From positions 146,267-210,266 of the forward strand of contig MEOE01000014.1 in NCBI GenBank assembly GCA_001768565.1: DNA of 64,000 nt, given 5' to 3'. The DNA comes from Bacteroidetes bacterium GWF2_33_16. GTDB taxonomy: Bacteria; Bacteroidota; Bacteroidia; Bacteroidales; UBA12077. This document shows, piece after piece, positions 9,813 through 20,318 of the stretch. Made by a program: the position numbers and the translations under genes. The first letter of the stretch is position 1, and each line of letters opens with the position of its first letter. The notes below the pieces were generated by a model, which saw nothing but the letters and a program-made list of their open reading frames with translations, was not told where the DNA came from and did not search any database.

Positions 9813-10949
9813 ATGTTAAAAATTGGAATTACAGGTCAGTCAGGTTTTGTAGGAACTCATTTATATAACACTTTAGGTTTAAAACCTGATAAGTACGAAA
9901 GGATAAATTTTGAAGATTCATTTTTTTCCAATCCATTAGAGCTATCACATTTTGTTTCAAAATGCGATATTATTATTCACTTAGCAGCAATGAACAGGCA
10001 TAATAATCCTGAAATAATATACAATACGAATATTAGTTTAGTTAAAAAGCTTATCGCTGCTTGCGAAAATTCACAATCAACACCTCATATACTTTTTTCT
10101 TCTTCAACTCAGGAAGAAAAGGACAACCTTTATGGTCGTTCAAAGAATGAGGGGCGTAAATTATTTGAAAATTGGGCTAAATCATCTTCTGCTAATTTTA
10201 CAGGATTAATTATTCCTAATGTTTTTGGTCCTTTTGGACATCCCTATTACAATTCGGTAGTTGCAACTTTCTGCCATCAACTTACTCATAACGAAACTCC
10301 TAAAATTGATATCGATGGAGAGATAAAGCTGATTTATGTAAGTGAGCTTATTTCTGAGATACTAAAAAAAATTGATGAAAAGAATAATAATATTGAAAAA
10401 TCAAATATTGAATGTTATAAAGTATCTCATACATCAATTATAAAGGTTTCAGATCTATTAAAAAAACTTATAATCTTTAAGGATAATTATTTTGAGAATG
10501 GAATGATACCAAACTTATCAAATCTTTTTGATAGAAACCTCTTCAATACATTCTTAACTTATGTTGATCATAAAACTTTTTTCCCATTTCATTTAAAACT
10601 AAATACTGACGATAGGGGTACTTTTGTTGAAACAGTAAAATTAAACAGTGGGGGACAAGTTTCTTTTTCTACAACAAAGCCAGGTATTACAAGGGGAAAC
10701 CATTTTCATACTCATAAGGCTGAACGATTTGCTGTTATAAAGGGCAAAGCTTTAATTGAATTCCGGAGAATAGGAACAGAAAATAAATTTATCTTCGAGT
10801 TAGATGGAGATAATCCGTCATTTGTTGATATGCCAATATGGTTTACTCACAATATTACCAATGTAGGTAGTGATGAAGTTTACACAATTTTTTGGATAAG
10901 CGAACATTTCGATTATACAGATCCTGATACCTTCTTTGAGAATGTTTAA
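9813..10949 (+). CDS. fnlB: UDP-2-acetamido-2,6-dideoxy-hexulose reductase/epimerase (FnlB/CapF/WbjC)
   Basis: N-terminal SDR fold (ITGQSGFVGTHL) plus a C-terminal cupin-like domain (GNHFHTHKAERFAVIKGKA). This is the CapF two-domain architecture. Confidence 0.8.
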   Translation: MLKIGITGQSGFVGTHLYNTLGLKPDKYERINFEDSFFSNPLELSHFVSKCDIIIHLAAMNRHNNPEIIYNTNISLVKKLIAACENSQSTPHILFSSSTQEEKDNLYGRSKNEGRKLFENWAKSSSANFTGLIIPNVFGPFGHPYYNSVVATFCHQLTHNETPKIDIDGEIKLIYVSELISEILKKIDEKNNNIEKSNIECYKVSHTSIIKVSDLLKKLIIFKDNYFENGMIPNLSNLFDRNLFNTFLTYVDHKTFFPFHLKLNTDDRGTFVETVKLNSGGQVSFSTTKPGITRGNHFHTHKAERFAVIKGKALIEFRRIGTENKFIFELDGDNPSFVDMPIWFTHNITNVGSDEVYTIFWISEHFDYTDPDTFFENV

Positions 10950-10975
10950 ATTAACGATTTTATTATAGCTCGAAT

Positions 10976-12112
10976 ATGAAAGATAAATTAAGAGTAGTTA
11001 CAGTAGTTGGCACCCGGCCAGAAATAATAAGACTTTCACGTGTTATGGCAAAGCTGGATGAGTCTGATGCCATAGATCATATTACAATACATACTGGACA
11101 AAATTATGACTATGAACTAAATCAAATTTTTTATGATGATTTAGGTATTCGTAAACCCGATTATTTTTTAGATGCAGCTGGAGAAACAGCAATAGAAACT
11201 GTCGGAAAAATACTTATTAAAATTGATCCCTTATTAGATCAACTTAAACCTGATGCCTTTTTAGTATTAGGTGATACAAATAGCTGCTTGTGTGCTATTC
11301 CTGCTAAAAAACGACATATTCCAATCTTTCATATGGAAGCTGGTAATCGTTGTTTCGATCAGAGGGTGCCAGAAGAAACAAATCGTAAAATTGTAGATCA
11401 TATTTCAGATATTAATTTAACCTATAGCGATATAGCACGTGAATATTTATTAAGGGAAGGTTTACCAGCCGATAGAATAATTAAAACAGGCTCCCCTATG
11501 TTAGAGGTAATTAATCATTATCTTCCTCAAATTAATAAATCAGATGTAGTTAAACGATTAGGATTAGAAAAAGGAAATTTTTTTGTTGTTTCTGCACATA
11601 GGGAAGAAAATATTAATAATGAAATTAATTTTAATGGTTTAATTGAATCAATCAATCTTATTGCCGAAATCTATAAGCTGCCAATTATTGTTAGTACACA
11701 TCCAAGAACCCGAAAAATGATTGAATTAAAAAAAATTAAGGTTAGGGATGAAATTCAATTTTTAAAACCTCTTGGATTTAATGATTATAATGCACTTCAA
11801 GTTAACTCTTTTGCTGTACTTTCAGATAGCGGCACTATTTCAGAAGAGTCATCAATATTAAATTTTAGAGCACTTAATATACGTGAAGCTCATGAACGCC
11901 CTGAAGCAATGGAGCAAGCATCAGTAATGATGGTCGGTTTAAATCCTGAGCGTATACTCCAAGGATTAAAGCAATTAAAATACCAAGCTTTAAATGATTC
12001 AAGAACGTTTTTTCCTGTTGCGGATTATTCATTTCCAAATGTTTCCGATAAAGTTGTTAGAATAATATTATCTTATACTGATTATATAAAGAAAATTGTT
12101 TGGAGAGAATAA
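10976..12112 (+). CDS. fnlC: UDP-N-acetylglucosamine 2-epimerase, non-hydrolysing (FnlC/CapG/WbjD)
   Basis: The TVVGTRPEIIRLS start, VLGDTNS and HMEAGNRCFD motifs belong to the WecB/epimerase_2 family. Confidence 0.85.
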   Translation: MKDKLRVVTVVGTRPEIIRLSRVMAKLDESDAIDHITIHTGQNYDYELNQIFYDDLGIRKPDYFLDAAGETAIETVGKILIKIDPLLDQLKPDAFLVLGDTNSCLCAIPAKKRHIPIFHMEAGNRCFDQRVPEETNRKIVDHISDINLTYSDIAREYLLREGLPADRIIKTGSPMLEVINHYLPQINKSDVVKRLGLEKGNFFVVSAHREENINNEINFNGLIESINLIAEIYKLPIIVSTHPRTRKMIELKKIKVRDEIQFLKPLGFNDYNALQVNSFAVLSDSGTISEESSILNFRALNIREAHERPEAMEQASVMMVGLNPERILQGLKQLKYQALNDSRTFFPVADYSFPNVSDKVVRIILSYTDYIKKIVWRE

Positions 12113-12115
12113 TTT

Positions 12116-13342
12116 ATGAACATTTTAATTGTAACACAATATTTCTGGCCTGAAAATTTTAAAATTAATGAGGTTGCAATTTACTTAAAAGAAAAAGGAC
12201 ATAAGGTCACAGTATTAACTGGTAAGCCTAACTATCCCGAAGGGAAATTTTATAATGGATATTCATTTTTAAAACCACCTTCAGAATTTTATAATGGGAT
12301 TGAGATTTTTAGATTGCCAACTATACCAAGAGGGAAAAATAACGCACTTAAATTGATTCTCAATTATCTTTTCTTCCCTTTTATTGGGCGAATTGTTTGG
12401 AGTAGAATGCTTAAAGATAAATCATTTGATATTATTTTTGTTTGTCAACTTTCTCCTGTGTTTGTAGGTTTATTGGGAGCTAGAATTAAAAAGAAATTAA
12501 AAGTACCAATGGTCATGTGGGTTCTTGATTTATGGCCTGATAGTATATTTGCTGCAAGTCGAATAAAACCTTTCTTTATTGAAAAAACATTAAAACTGAT
12601 TGTTAATAGAATTTATCACTCATGTGACAAGATTTTTGTTTCATCAAAACCTTTTTATAAATCAATTGTAAAGTATAATTACTTAGAAAAAAATATATTT
12701 CATATTCCAAATTGGGCAGATGATGATGTAAACACTCTTACTTCCAAAGAAATTGAAAAGTTACCAATTTTATCCAAAGGATTTAATATACTTTTTGCAG
12801 GTAATATTGGTGATGCTCAAGATATTGATACGATACTTAATAGTTTTGAGCACTTGAAAAGTATTAATGATATTAAAATGATTTTTATAGGTGATGGAAG
12901 AAAACGTAGTTGGTTAGAAAATCAGATAATTGAAAGGAATCTTACTAATCAGGTTTTTTGGCTTGGTTCTTTTCCTTCAAATACTATGCAATATTTTTAT
13001 AATAATGCTTCAGTTTTATTAGCTAGTTTAAAACCTAATCCTGTTTTTGAATTAACAGTTCCTGCAAAGATACAGTCCTATATGGCTAATAAAAAGCCTA
13101 TTTTATCTATGTTGAGTGGTGCTGGAAATGATATAGTAGATGAGGCTAACTGTGGTATTATAGTTAAATCAGGCGATACTGAGTCATTGGTAAAGGCCAT
13201 TAAAAAATTACATAATCTAACTTTTGATGAATTAGAATCTATGGGTTTAAGAGGATATTATTATTATCTTGAAAATTTTGAAAAAACTAAAATCCTAACT
13301 CGCTTGGAAACATTGTTGATTAATGAATTAAAAAAATCTTAG
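12116..13342 (+). CDS. GT4 glycosyltransferase, WbuB-like (putative L-FucNAc transferase)
   Basis: MNILIVTQYFWPENFKINEVA...GKPNYPEGK is the characteristic WbuB-type N-terminus. The gene lies immediately downstream of fnlC, as in L-FucNAc loci. Confidence 0.75.
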   Translation: MNILIVTQYFWPENFKINEVAIYLKEKGHKVTVLTGKPNYPEGKFYNGYSFLKPPSEFYNGIEIFRLPTIPRGKNNALKLILNYLFFPFIGRIVWSRMLKDKSFDIIFVCQLSPVFVGLLGARIKKKLKVPMVMWVLDLWPDSIFAASRIKPFFIEKTLKLIVNRIYHSCDKIFVSSKPFYKSIVKYNYLEKNIFHIPNWADDDVNTLTSKEIEKLPILSKGFNILFAGNIGDAQDIDTILNSFEHLKSINDIKMIFIGDGRKRSWLENQIIERNLTNQVFWLGSFPSNTMQYFYNNASVLLASLKPNPVFELTVPAKIQSYMANKKPILSMLSGAGNDIVDEANCGIIVKSGDTESLVKAIKKLHNLTFDELESMGLRGYYYYLENFEKTKILTRLETLLINELKKS

Positions 13343-13353
13343 TATATTATATT

Positions 13354-14340
13354 ATGAAAAATCTTTTTGGTTATACTATAATATTTTTAATTTCTGTAAT
13401 AGGAGTTTATATTTATAGTAGGTTTGCAAAAAAGAAAGCCATACTGGACTTGCCTAATGATCGCAGTTCACACACTATTCCTACTCCTCGTGGAGGAGGT
13501 ATTGCAATAGCAATTACTTGGTTTTTATCAATTTTTTTTCTTTTTATTAAAAATGAAATTGACAATTCGCTTTTTTTTGCATTGCTCTGTGGTATACCTA
13601 TTTCTGTCATTGGTCTTGTTGATGATGTATATACAATTTCACCCAAAGTACGGTTATTTGTTCAAATTACTTGTGGAACAATAGCTCTTTATCTACTAGG
13701 AGGTTTAAAAATATTGGATATTGGTTTTAATTTAATTTCACTGCCACTATTGATTAATATTCTAGTTATAATTGGTATTGTTTGGTTTACTAATTTATTT
13801 AATTTTCTCGATGGTATTGATGGGTATATTAGTGCCGAAGTAATCTTTATTGGATTAGCTTTTTTTGCATTATTTGGGATTATTCCACCAGTTTTATTGG
13901 CAATAGTTACAGCAGGATTTTTAGTGTGGAACTGGCAACCTGCGAAAATATTTATGGGAGATGTTGGAAGTACTTTGCTTGGATTTTCAATTGGAATATT
14001 TGCAATCTACTACCAAAATAATAACGATTCTTCCATTATTATTTGGCTAATGCTTACATCCATATTTTGGTTCGACGCTTCCCTTACACTCTATCGAAGA
14101 TGGAGGAAGGGGGAAACTCTTTCCAAAGCACACAAAAAACATGCTTATCAAAGAATGGTGCAATCAGGATGGAGTCACCAAAGAACAGTTATTTGGGCTC
14201 AAATTATTAATTTGCCAATTTTGGGTTTAGTAGTGCTAAGTACTTTTTTCCCCATGTTAATATTGTTTGCTTTCATTATTAATATATTATACTTATATAT
14301 TATAATTAAAATTGTGGACAAAAAGAATCCTCAATATTAA
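13354..14340 (+). CDS. Undecaprenyl-phosphate HexNAc-1-phosphate transferase (MraY/WecA/WbpL family)
   Basis: Polytopic protein with NLFNFLDGIDG and MGDVGS motifs of polyprenyl-phosphate sugar-phosphate transferases. Confidence 0.85.
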   Translation: MKNLFGYTIIFLISVIGVYIYSRFAKKKAILDLPNDRSSHTIPTPRGGGIAIAITWFLSIFFLFIKNEIDNSLFFALLCGIPISVIGLVDDVYTISPKVRLFVQITCGTIALYLLGGLKILDIGFNLISLPLLINILVIIGIVWFTNLFNFLDGIDGYISAEVIFIGLAFFALFGIIPPVLLAIVTAGFLVWNWQPAKIFMGDVGSTLLGFSIGIFAIYYQNNNDSSIIIWLMLTSIFWFDASLTLYRRWRKGETLSKAHKKHAYQRMVQSGWSHQRTVIWAQIINLPILGLVVLSTFFPMLILFAFIINILYLYIIIKIVDKKNPQY

Positions 14341-14378
14341 TAATCGTATTTCCCTATTAATTATAAACACCTTTCTAT

Positions 14379-15599
14379 ATGCATAAAATAAATTCATATT
14401 TAAAAATTTGTTTACTAACAATAATTTTCCTTCTTCTTTATATAAAGTTTACATATATTCCATATGCAATAGGTCTATATTTTTTAATTAGCGTATTGAA
14501 TTTTAATTATGAAAAAATAAAAATAGAAAAGTATAAAGAAGTGTGGTTAATTTTAATATTTGTCTTATTTAATGCATTTTCATTATTATATTCTGAAAAT
14601 TTTAAAGAAGGATTTTCAACGATTCAAACTCAATTATCATTAATAATTTTCCCATTATTAATAATTATTGATAGAAATTTTTTTTATAATAAAAGAGAAT
14701 TAATAATTAAATTATTTATAATTATTTCTTTATTTAGCATTTTTATATTGTGCTTTCAATTTTTTTATTCAGGTCAATTCATTAAGATATTAGAAAATAA
14801 GCATAATGCTAATCTATTTGATTTAATTAGAAATCTTAAATTGTCAAATGGGCAGCATCCTTCGTATATTTCCATTAACTATCTATTTTCAGTAATATTA
14901 GTATGGTATTCTCTTAAAAAATCAGAAAATAAAATTTTATTTCTAATTAAACTTCTGGCGATTTCAATAATTTTAGTTTTTATTTTTCTTTTAAATTCAA
15001 GGGCAGTATTAATCTCCATTTTAATGGTAATAATTTATTATACATTAAAATACCTTGTTGAACATAAAACGATTTACAAAATTTTTACTGTTATTATATT
15101 AATTGGTTGTTTCTTTTTAATGATGAATAATACACGTTTTAAGTATAATTTATTGAGTTTTAAAAAGGCAAATACAATTGAACAAATAGATCCTCGTTTT
15201 TCCATATGGCGCGATGCATTTATTGTCTGGAAACAAAAACCTATTTTTGGTCAAGGAATTGGAGATTCAAAGGATGCTATTATGCAAATACATAAAAAAA
15301 GGAATATTGAAGAAGCTATTAAATATAAATTTAATGCCCATAATCAGTTTCTTGAAACATCAATGCAAACTGGTTTAGTTGGCCTAATTATACTAATTTT
15401 AGTATTTTCTGTTCCATTATACCAATCAATAAAGAAAAAACAAGAATTATTATTTCTTTTTTTAATGATTTGTATTATTAATTTTATGTTTGAGTCAATG
15501 CTTCAACGTATTGCAGGTGTGGTGTTTTTTGCTTTTTGGTATAGCTTCTTGTGGTTTGTTTTTTATAAAGAGGAAATGAAAGTAGTGGATAGCAAGTAG
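14379..15599 (+). CDS. O-antigen ligase family protein (Wzy_C domain)
   Basis: Pattern LNSRAVLISI ... RFSIWRDAF...KPIFGQGIG ... AHNQFLETSMQTGLVGL matches the Wzy_C/WaaL family. Confidence 0.75.
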   Translation: MHKINSYLKICLLTIIFLLLYIKFTYIPYAIGLYFLISVLNFNYEKIKIEKYKEVWLILIFVLFNAFSLLYSENFKEGFSTIQTQLSLIIFPLLIIIDRNFFYNKRELIIKLFIIISLFSIFILCFQFFYSGQFIKILENKHNANLFDLIRNLKLSNGQHPSYISINYLFSVILVWYSLKKSENKILFLIKLLAISIILVFIFLLNSRAVLISILMVIIYYTLKYLVEHKTIYKIFTVIILIGCFFLMMNNTRFKYNLLSFKKANTIEQIDPRFSIWRDAFIVWKQKPIFGQGIGDSKDAIMQIHKKRNIEEAIKYKFNAHNQFLETSMQTGLVGLIILILVFSVPLYQSIKKKQELLFLFLMICIINFMFESMLQRIAGVVFFAFWYSFLWFVFYKEEMKVVDSK

Positions 15600-15625
15600 A
15601 AATATTATATAGTATAATTAATTAG

Positions 15626-15676
15626 TTTTAAATTAAACAGGCTTACACATTATATGTAAGCCTGTTTAATTTAAAA
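15626..15676. terminator. Bidirectional intrinsic terminator between convergent genes
   Basis: Perfect 22-bp inverted repeat: TTTTAAATTAAACAGGCTTACA (15626-15647) and TGTAAGCCTGTTTAATTTAAAA (15655-15676), with a 7-nt loop and A/T runs on both sides. Confidence 0.7.
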
Positions 15677-15709
15677 TCCAAATAGTTTTATTTATATATT
15701 ATGAAATCA

Positions 15710-16684
15710 TTAATACTGTCTTTCGCTAATTAATTTCCAAATAGTATTTCTATATTGCCATATTAATGAGCATAATAATCCAAGTATACAGAAAATAGGA
15801 ATCCATATTTTTATGAATTTAGTTAATGGATTTTCAGTTTTTGAAAGTTGTGAAAAATCTTGAATAATTGTTATAGGATCAGGATTTAAAATAAGATCTT
15901 TCTCATAGAATAACATAAGAGTATTTAACCTAATTTTATCTTCATGATAAAGTTTTAGTTCTTTTTCATTCAAAACAATCATCTGATTGTTGCTTGCTTT
16001 CTGTGATTTTGGTATTTCAAAATACTGAATATTCTGAAGGCTGTCTAGTTTAGCAATCTCTGCTTTTAAAACCAGAATTTGGTTTTCAGCCTGACTTATT
16101 CTAACATTGTTATTCTCAATTATAAAAGGATTGTTGCTAATGTATGATTTAATACTGTTCTTTAGAATTGGGAAAACAGATTCATCGAAAACACTTATTT
16201 GTAAATAAAAAACATCTCCTAATCGAATTTGATTTGTATCGTTTGGATTGTATGTATTGTTGTAATCTATAAAATCAGTAAGCTTATCATTATTTAAATC
16301 AATCCCATAAAATGCTTTAATAGTTTTAATGCTTTTAGCTTGCTCAACACTTATTTGAAGATAATCTCCTAATGCCGAATAATTATCGCTAATAAAAAGA
16401 TCATTTAAAAGATTGATTGAGTTTACAACAATAGTATTATTCATCGAATTCGAGCGAGCAGTCATTTCTGACGTATAATATCTTTTTGTTATTGAAAAAA
16501 GAATATAAGAAACAATAAACCCAAGTATTATGAAAGTAATTAGCCAGAGTGATTTTCTTATTAGCAGAATGAAAAAACTATTGATAAGTGAAATAAGTTT
16601 AATAAAAAGGTTTTTAATACCATCACCCATTTTCTGGAATAGTTCAATTATGTCAATCTCATCATTCCTTTTTTCTGTAGTCAT
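15710..16684 (-). CDS. Wzz-like polysaccharide chain-length determinant (bitopic: N- and C-terminal TM, coiled-coil periplasmic region)
   Basis: The N-terminal IDIIELF...TM...YYTSEM pattern and a C-terminal TM resemble the PCP/Wzz topology. There is no kinase domain. The gene is adjacent to the O-antigen locus. Confidence 0.5.
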   Translation of the reverse strand: MTTEKRNDEIDIIELFQKMGDGIKNLFIKLISLINSFFILLIRKSLWLITFIILGFIVSYILFSITKRYYTSEMTARSNSMNNTIVVNSINLLNDLFISDNYSALGDYLQISVEQAKSIKTIKAFYGIDLNNDKLTDFIDYNNTYNPNDTNQIRLGDVFYLQISVFDESVFPILKNSIKSYISNNPFIIENNNVRISQAENQILVLKAEIAKLDSLQNIQYFEIPKSQKASNNQMIVLNEKELKLYHEDKIRLNTLMLFYEKDLILNPDPITIIQDFSQLSKTENPLTKFIKIWIPIFCILGLLCSLIWQYRNTIWKLISERQY

Positions 16685-16748
16685 ATTATATTAAGTTTTA
16701 AGTTCTTAGTTTTCATTTAAGAATGCAATACTACAAATTTAAGTTAAA

Positions 16749-17627
16749 TTATTTATTTAAAATAGAATGTAACTTTTGCATATCATTTACTTTTTCGGGA
16801 TAACCTAACTTCTCATATGAATATATAAGATTAAGAATCAGTTTTTTAATTATTTCGGTATTGGAGCATGGAAAGTAGTATGATTTTAAGGGTTCCAGTT
16901 TTTGTTGTCTCAGAAAATAATCAATCTCTCTTTTTCCGAGTACTGAGCCTTTGTTATATGGATTTATATAAAACAATACTTCATTATCGTTTGTAAAATC
17001 CATATTAAACTGATCAATATAGGAGAGAATAAAGTTCTTTGGCATACTTACTCCATAAATAGGTATGTCGAGCTGTTGGGCAATGGCAATATATATAATT
17101 CCTAATGTTACAGGGTTGCCTTTTTTGCTTTCGAGTACAAGATTAATATATGAGTTTTGTGGTGCATAAAAATTAGTGCTATTACCCGAAAAACCATGAA
17201 TCTCGTATAGAATATGATTTATAACCCTTGTTTTTTCAAGAGCAGTGAGGTTGTTGTTTATCTCGAGCCAAACATCCTTTTTGATTATATCAAAAAGTTT
17301 CTCAATATTTTCATATCGAAGATCAGGATATTGATATCTGGCTATTAGAAAAGCTCCTTCCAGAATGTTTATAGCCCCTGTTTCTTTCCATTCTATTAAC
17401 TTATTTTGAGTAGAGGTAAATTGTATCTCCTGAATGAGATTCTCAATACGATGCTGTAAAATCTCGTTTAACGAGGTCTCCCATACTTTTTCCAACTCAG
17501 GAATTATATCCACCCCTTGCTTAATTATGTTCTGAGAAACATGCATAAATATCTCCTCGTTGGGATCATCCAACAACTGAAGTAATGCCTTTATTTTGCT
17601 ATCAATAGCCACTTTTTCAATTACCAA
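16749..17627 (-). CDS. Transglutaminase-like (Transglut_core2 / SirB1-YchA family) protein
   Basis: The segment GFSGNSTNFYAPQNSYINLVLESKKGNPVTLGIIYIAIAQQLDIPIYGVSMPKNFIL matches the SirB1-type core. The ORF-track start is a TTG, so the true start is uncertain. Confidence 0.6.
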   Translation of the reverse strand: MVIEKVAIDSKIKALLQLLDDPNEEIFMHVSQNIIKQGVDIIPELEKVWETSLNEILQHRIENLIQEIQFTSTQNKLIEWKETGAINILEGAFLIARYQYPDLRYENIEKLFDIIKKDVWLEINNNLTALEKTRVINHILYEIHGFSGNSTNFYAPQNSYINLVLESKKGNPVTLGIIYIAIAQQLDIPIYGVSMPKNFILSYIDQFNMDFTNDNEVLFYINPYNKGSVLGKREIDYFLRQQKLEPLKSYYFPCSNTEIIKKLILNLIYSYEKLGYPEKVNDMQKLHSILNK

Positions 17628-17700
17628 TTAACAATTATAAAACACCAAATATCAATTATCAGCTATTAGTCACTCGTTGCCAGTCACTATTCTGCATCCT

Positions 17701-18576
17701 CTAATCACTTATTAGTTTATCTAAAACATATTGAATTAGTTTCTTTATTGTTGGTTTGTAATCTTTGCTAAACTCTTTAGTTGCTCTGTTTGCAATTATG
17801 GCACACAGCGTAATTGCATTATGTCCCAATAATCCTGATAAACCATAAATTGCAGAGCTTTCCATCTCATAATTAGTAATCTTCTGACCTTTATGCTCGA
17901 AAGCTTCAATTTTATCATTTATATTTTCCATTAATATGGGTAAACGTAATTGTCTTCCCTGTGGTCCGTAAAAACCGGGCGCCGAAATGGTTACTCCCTT
18001 AATTGTAAGATCGCTCTCTAGTTTCTTTATTAGTTTTTCAGATGCATTAACTACGTATGGCGATGGCAGAATCTCATCCCAGCTTACATGTTTCTTGAAT
18101 GCACTCTCAAATTCAACATCAGAAATAGAATTGCGGTTTGCATAGAAATTTAGTAAACCATCAAATCCGATAGATCGTGCACTCATAAGAACAGAATCAA
18201 TGGGCACTTGTTTTTGGAGTGAGCCGGAGGTTCCAATTCGAATTAAATTGAGTGTGTGATGTTCTTTTTTTACAGTTCTGGTTTTAAGATCAATATTTAC
18301 GAGCGCATCCAGTTCGTTTATTACGATATCAATATTATCAGTTCCTATTCCGGTTGATAATACTGTAATTCTTTTACCTTTATAGTTGCCTGTAATTGTA
18401 TAGAATTCTCTGTTTTGCTTTTTTAGCTCAATACTATCAAAGTAAGATGCAACCGTATCAACACGACCTTGATCGCCAACAAGAATAATATCATCGGCGA
18501 TATCTTGAGGCAACAAATGCAGATGAAAAATACTTCCGTCTTGGTTAATAATTAATTCTGATGGTTTTAATTCCAT
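17701..18576 (-). CDS. Nucleoside phosphorylase (PNP/UDP family 1)
   Basis: RIGTSGSL and NYEMESSAIY motifs. The start is moved to the ATG at 18576 (MELKPSELII...) because the ORF-track start at 18603 is a TTG. Confidence 0.8.
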   Translation of the reverse strand: MELKPSELIINQDGSIFHLHLLPQDIADDIILVGDQGRVDTVASYFDSIELKKQNREFYTITGNYKGKRITVLSTGIGTDNIDIVINELDALVNIDLKTRTVKKEHHTLNLIRIGTSGSLQKQVPIDSVLMSARSIGFDGLLNFYANRNSISDVEFESAFKKHVSWDEILPSPYVVNASEKLIKKLESDLTIKGVTISAPGFYGPQGRQLRLPILMENINDKIEAFEHKGQKITNYEMESSAIYGLSGLLGHNAITLCAIIANRATKEFSKDYKPTIKKLIQYVLDKLISD

Positions 18577-18761
18577 GATTCTCCTTATTTGTGCAAACTT
18601 CAAAACTATCTAAAATATCTCAATTAGACAATAAATAATAATCAACAGTAGTAATTATGTTTTTTGTTTTGATGTTGATAACCCTATATAAAGTGTATAG
18701 ATTATTCACTTAATAAATTGTAAGGCATTTAATGAAAAATACAATTAATCAATAAGTCGTT

Positions 18762-19445
18762 TTAATCAGTAATATCAAGTAGTCCGGGTCGTAGTTTTTT
18801 AGTGCGTTCGAGAGCTTGTTTCTCTTTCCATTTATCTATTTCCTTAAAATTCCCTGAAAGTAAAATATCGGGAACTTTCCATCCTTTATAGTCTGCAGGT
18901 CGAGTATATACTGGTGGCGACAGAAGATTGTCCTGGAATGAATCGGTAAGAGCCGATGTTTCGTCCGAAATAACGCCTGGTAATAACCGCACAACGCTAT
19001 CTACAATAATTGCTGCGGCTAATTCGCCACCGGTTAAAACATAATCGCCTATTGAAATTTCTTTGGTTATAAGATGATCGCGAACTCGCTGATCAATACC
19101 TTTGTAATGACCACAAAGTATAATTATATTCTCAAAAGTGGCCATTTTATTTGCAGTTTTTTGCGAATATAGCTCTCCATCTGGTGATGTGTAAATTATC
19201 TCATCGTATTTACGTTCAGCTTTAAGTGCTGTAATAGCTTTGTCGATGGGCTCTATCATCATTACCATTCCAGCTTCGCCTCCAAAAGGGTAGTCGTCAA
19301 CTGTTTTGTGTTTGTTTGTTGTATAATCTCGTAAATTATGTATATAAATTTCAACGTGTTTCTTTTGCTGAGCACGCTTAATTATACTATGATTTAAAGG
19401 ACTCTCAAGTAGCTCAGGTAAAACAGTAATAATATCTATTCGCAT
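18762..19445 (-). CDS. trmD: tRNA (guanine37-N1)-methyltransferase
   Basis: [13 protein letters not shown]..., [13 protein letters not shown] and LTGGELAA motifs match TrmD along its full length. Confidence 0.95.
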   Translation of the reverse strand: MRIDIITVLPELLESPLNHSIIKRAQQKKHVEIYIHNLRDYTTNKHKTVDDYPFGGEAGMVMMIEPIDKAITALKAERKYDEIIYTSPDGELYSQKTANKMATFENIIILCGHYKGIDQRVRDHLITKEISIGDYVLTGGELAAAIIVDSVVRLLPGVISDETSALTDSFQDNLLSPPVYTRPADYKGWKVPDILLSGNFKEIDKWKEKQALERTKKLRPGLLDITD

Positions 19446-19648
19446 AGCATTTTGTATTTCTCTGTAAAAATAGTAATCATTTGTTTTCTTTTGGTTCTTT
19501 TTAGAAACAAATCATGATTAAGACAATATGGCATTAAATAAATTTAAATACAAGACAGAATGGCCGAAAATAAGAATTGGTATTTTTTTTGAAAATAGCT
19601 AATCAAATAAACAAATTTAAATTAATACTAACTAAAAATTATAAAACT

Positions 19649-20095
19649 ATGACACTTGTAAGAATGCAACGACCATCAGAAATGCATAGCGCATTTGGTT
19701 ACAGAAATTTATCTGAATTAATGGATAATCTTTTAACAGAAGAAAGGGTTTGCAATAATCAGTATTTTGCGATTCCCCCTGCAAATATTATTGAATCAAA
19801 ATTCGATTTCAGAATTGAAATAGCAGCACCGGGATTTGAAAAATCTGACTTTAAGATTGATTTAGACAAAAATATGCTTTCTATCTCTCTTGATAAAAAA
19901 ACAGATGAGAATGCAGAAGAAAAATTTAACCTGAAAGAATTTGCATATAATTCATTCAGTCGTTCATTTAGGATTTCAGATAAAATAAATTCTGAAAAAA
20001 TAAATGCAATCTATAAAAATGGTATTCTGCAAATAATATTACCTAAGAAAGAGGATGCAATTGAAAAGCCAGTAAGAGAAATTAAAATTTCATAA
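19649..20095 (+). CDS. Hsp20/alpha-crystallin small heat-shock protein
   Basis: Alpha-crystallin domain (FRIEIAAPGFEKSDFKIDLDKNMLSIS ... YKNGILQIILPKK). The first ATG is at 19649; the ORF-track start at 19577 is a TTG. Confidence 0.9.
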   Translation: MTLVRMQRPSEMHSAFGYRNLSELMDNLLTEERVCNNQYFAIPPANIIESKFDFRIEIAAPGFEKSDFKIDLDKNMLSISLDKKTDENAEEKFNLKEFAYNSFSRSFRISDKINSEKINAIYKNGILQIILPKKEDAIEKPVREIKIS

Positions 20096-20117
20096 TTTAA
20101 TTTAAGCTTTAGGTTAG

Positions 20118-20147
20118 CCTCACTTTCATTTGAGAGTGAGGTTTTTT
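20118..20147 (+). terminator. Rho-independent terminator after hsp20
   Basis: CCTCACT (20118-20124) pairs with AGTGAGG (20135-20141) and is followed by TTTTTT. Confidence 0.7.
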
Positions 20148-20318
20148 ATTGTTTTATAGAAAAACTGAAGCTTAACTATTGATAAAATAACTTTAGATTA
20201 TTACTCAATTAGATTATCATTTCATATATTTAATCACTTTTCAGAAATAGAAATGAATTTCAGTCAAATATATTTTCATAATTATCATCTATAAACTTTA
20301 AGATTAATTTAAAAAAAT

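Noticed and set aside
19474-19520. Imperfect inverted repeat (TAATCATTTGTTTTC ... GAAACAAATCATGATTA) considered as an Hsp20 RNA thermometer
   Set aside because: It lies ~130 nt upstream of the hsp20 ATG, probably upstream of or at the promoter in the divergent trmD/hsp20 spacer. It does not involve the start region and the stem has an indel.
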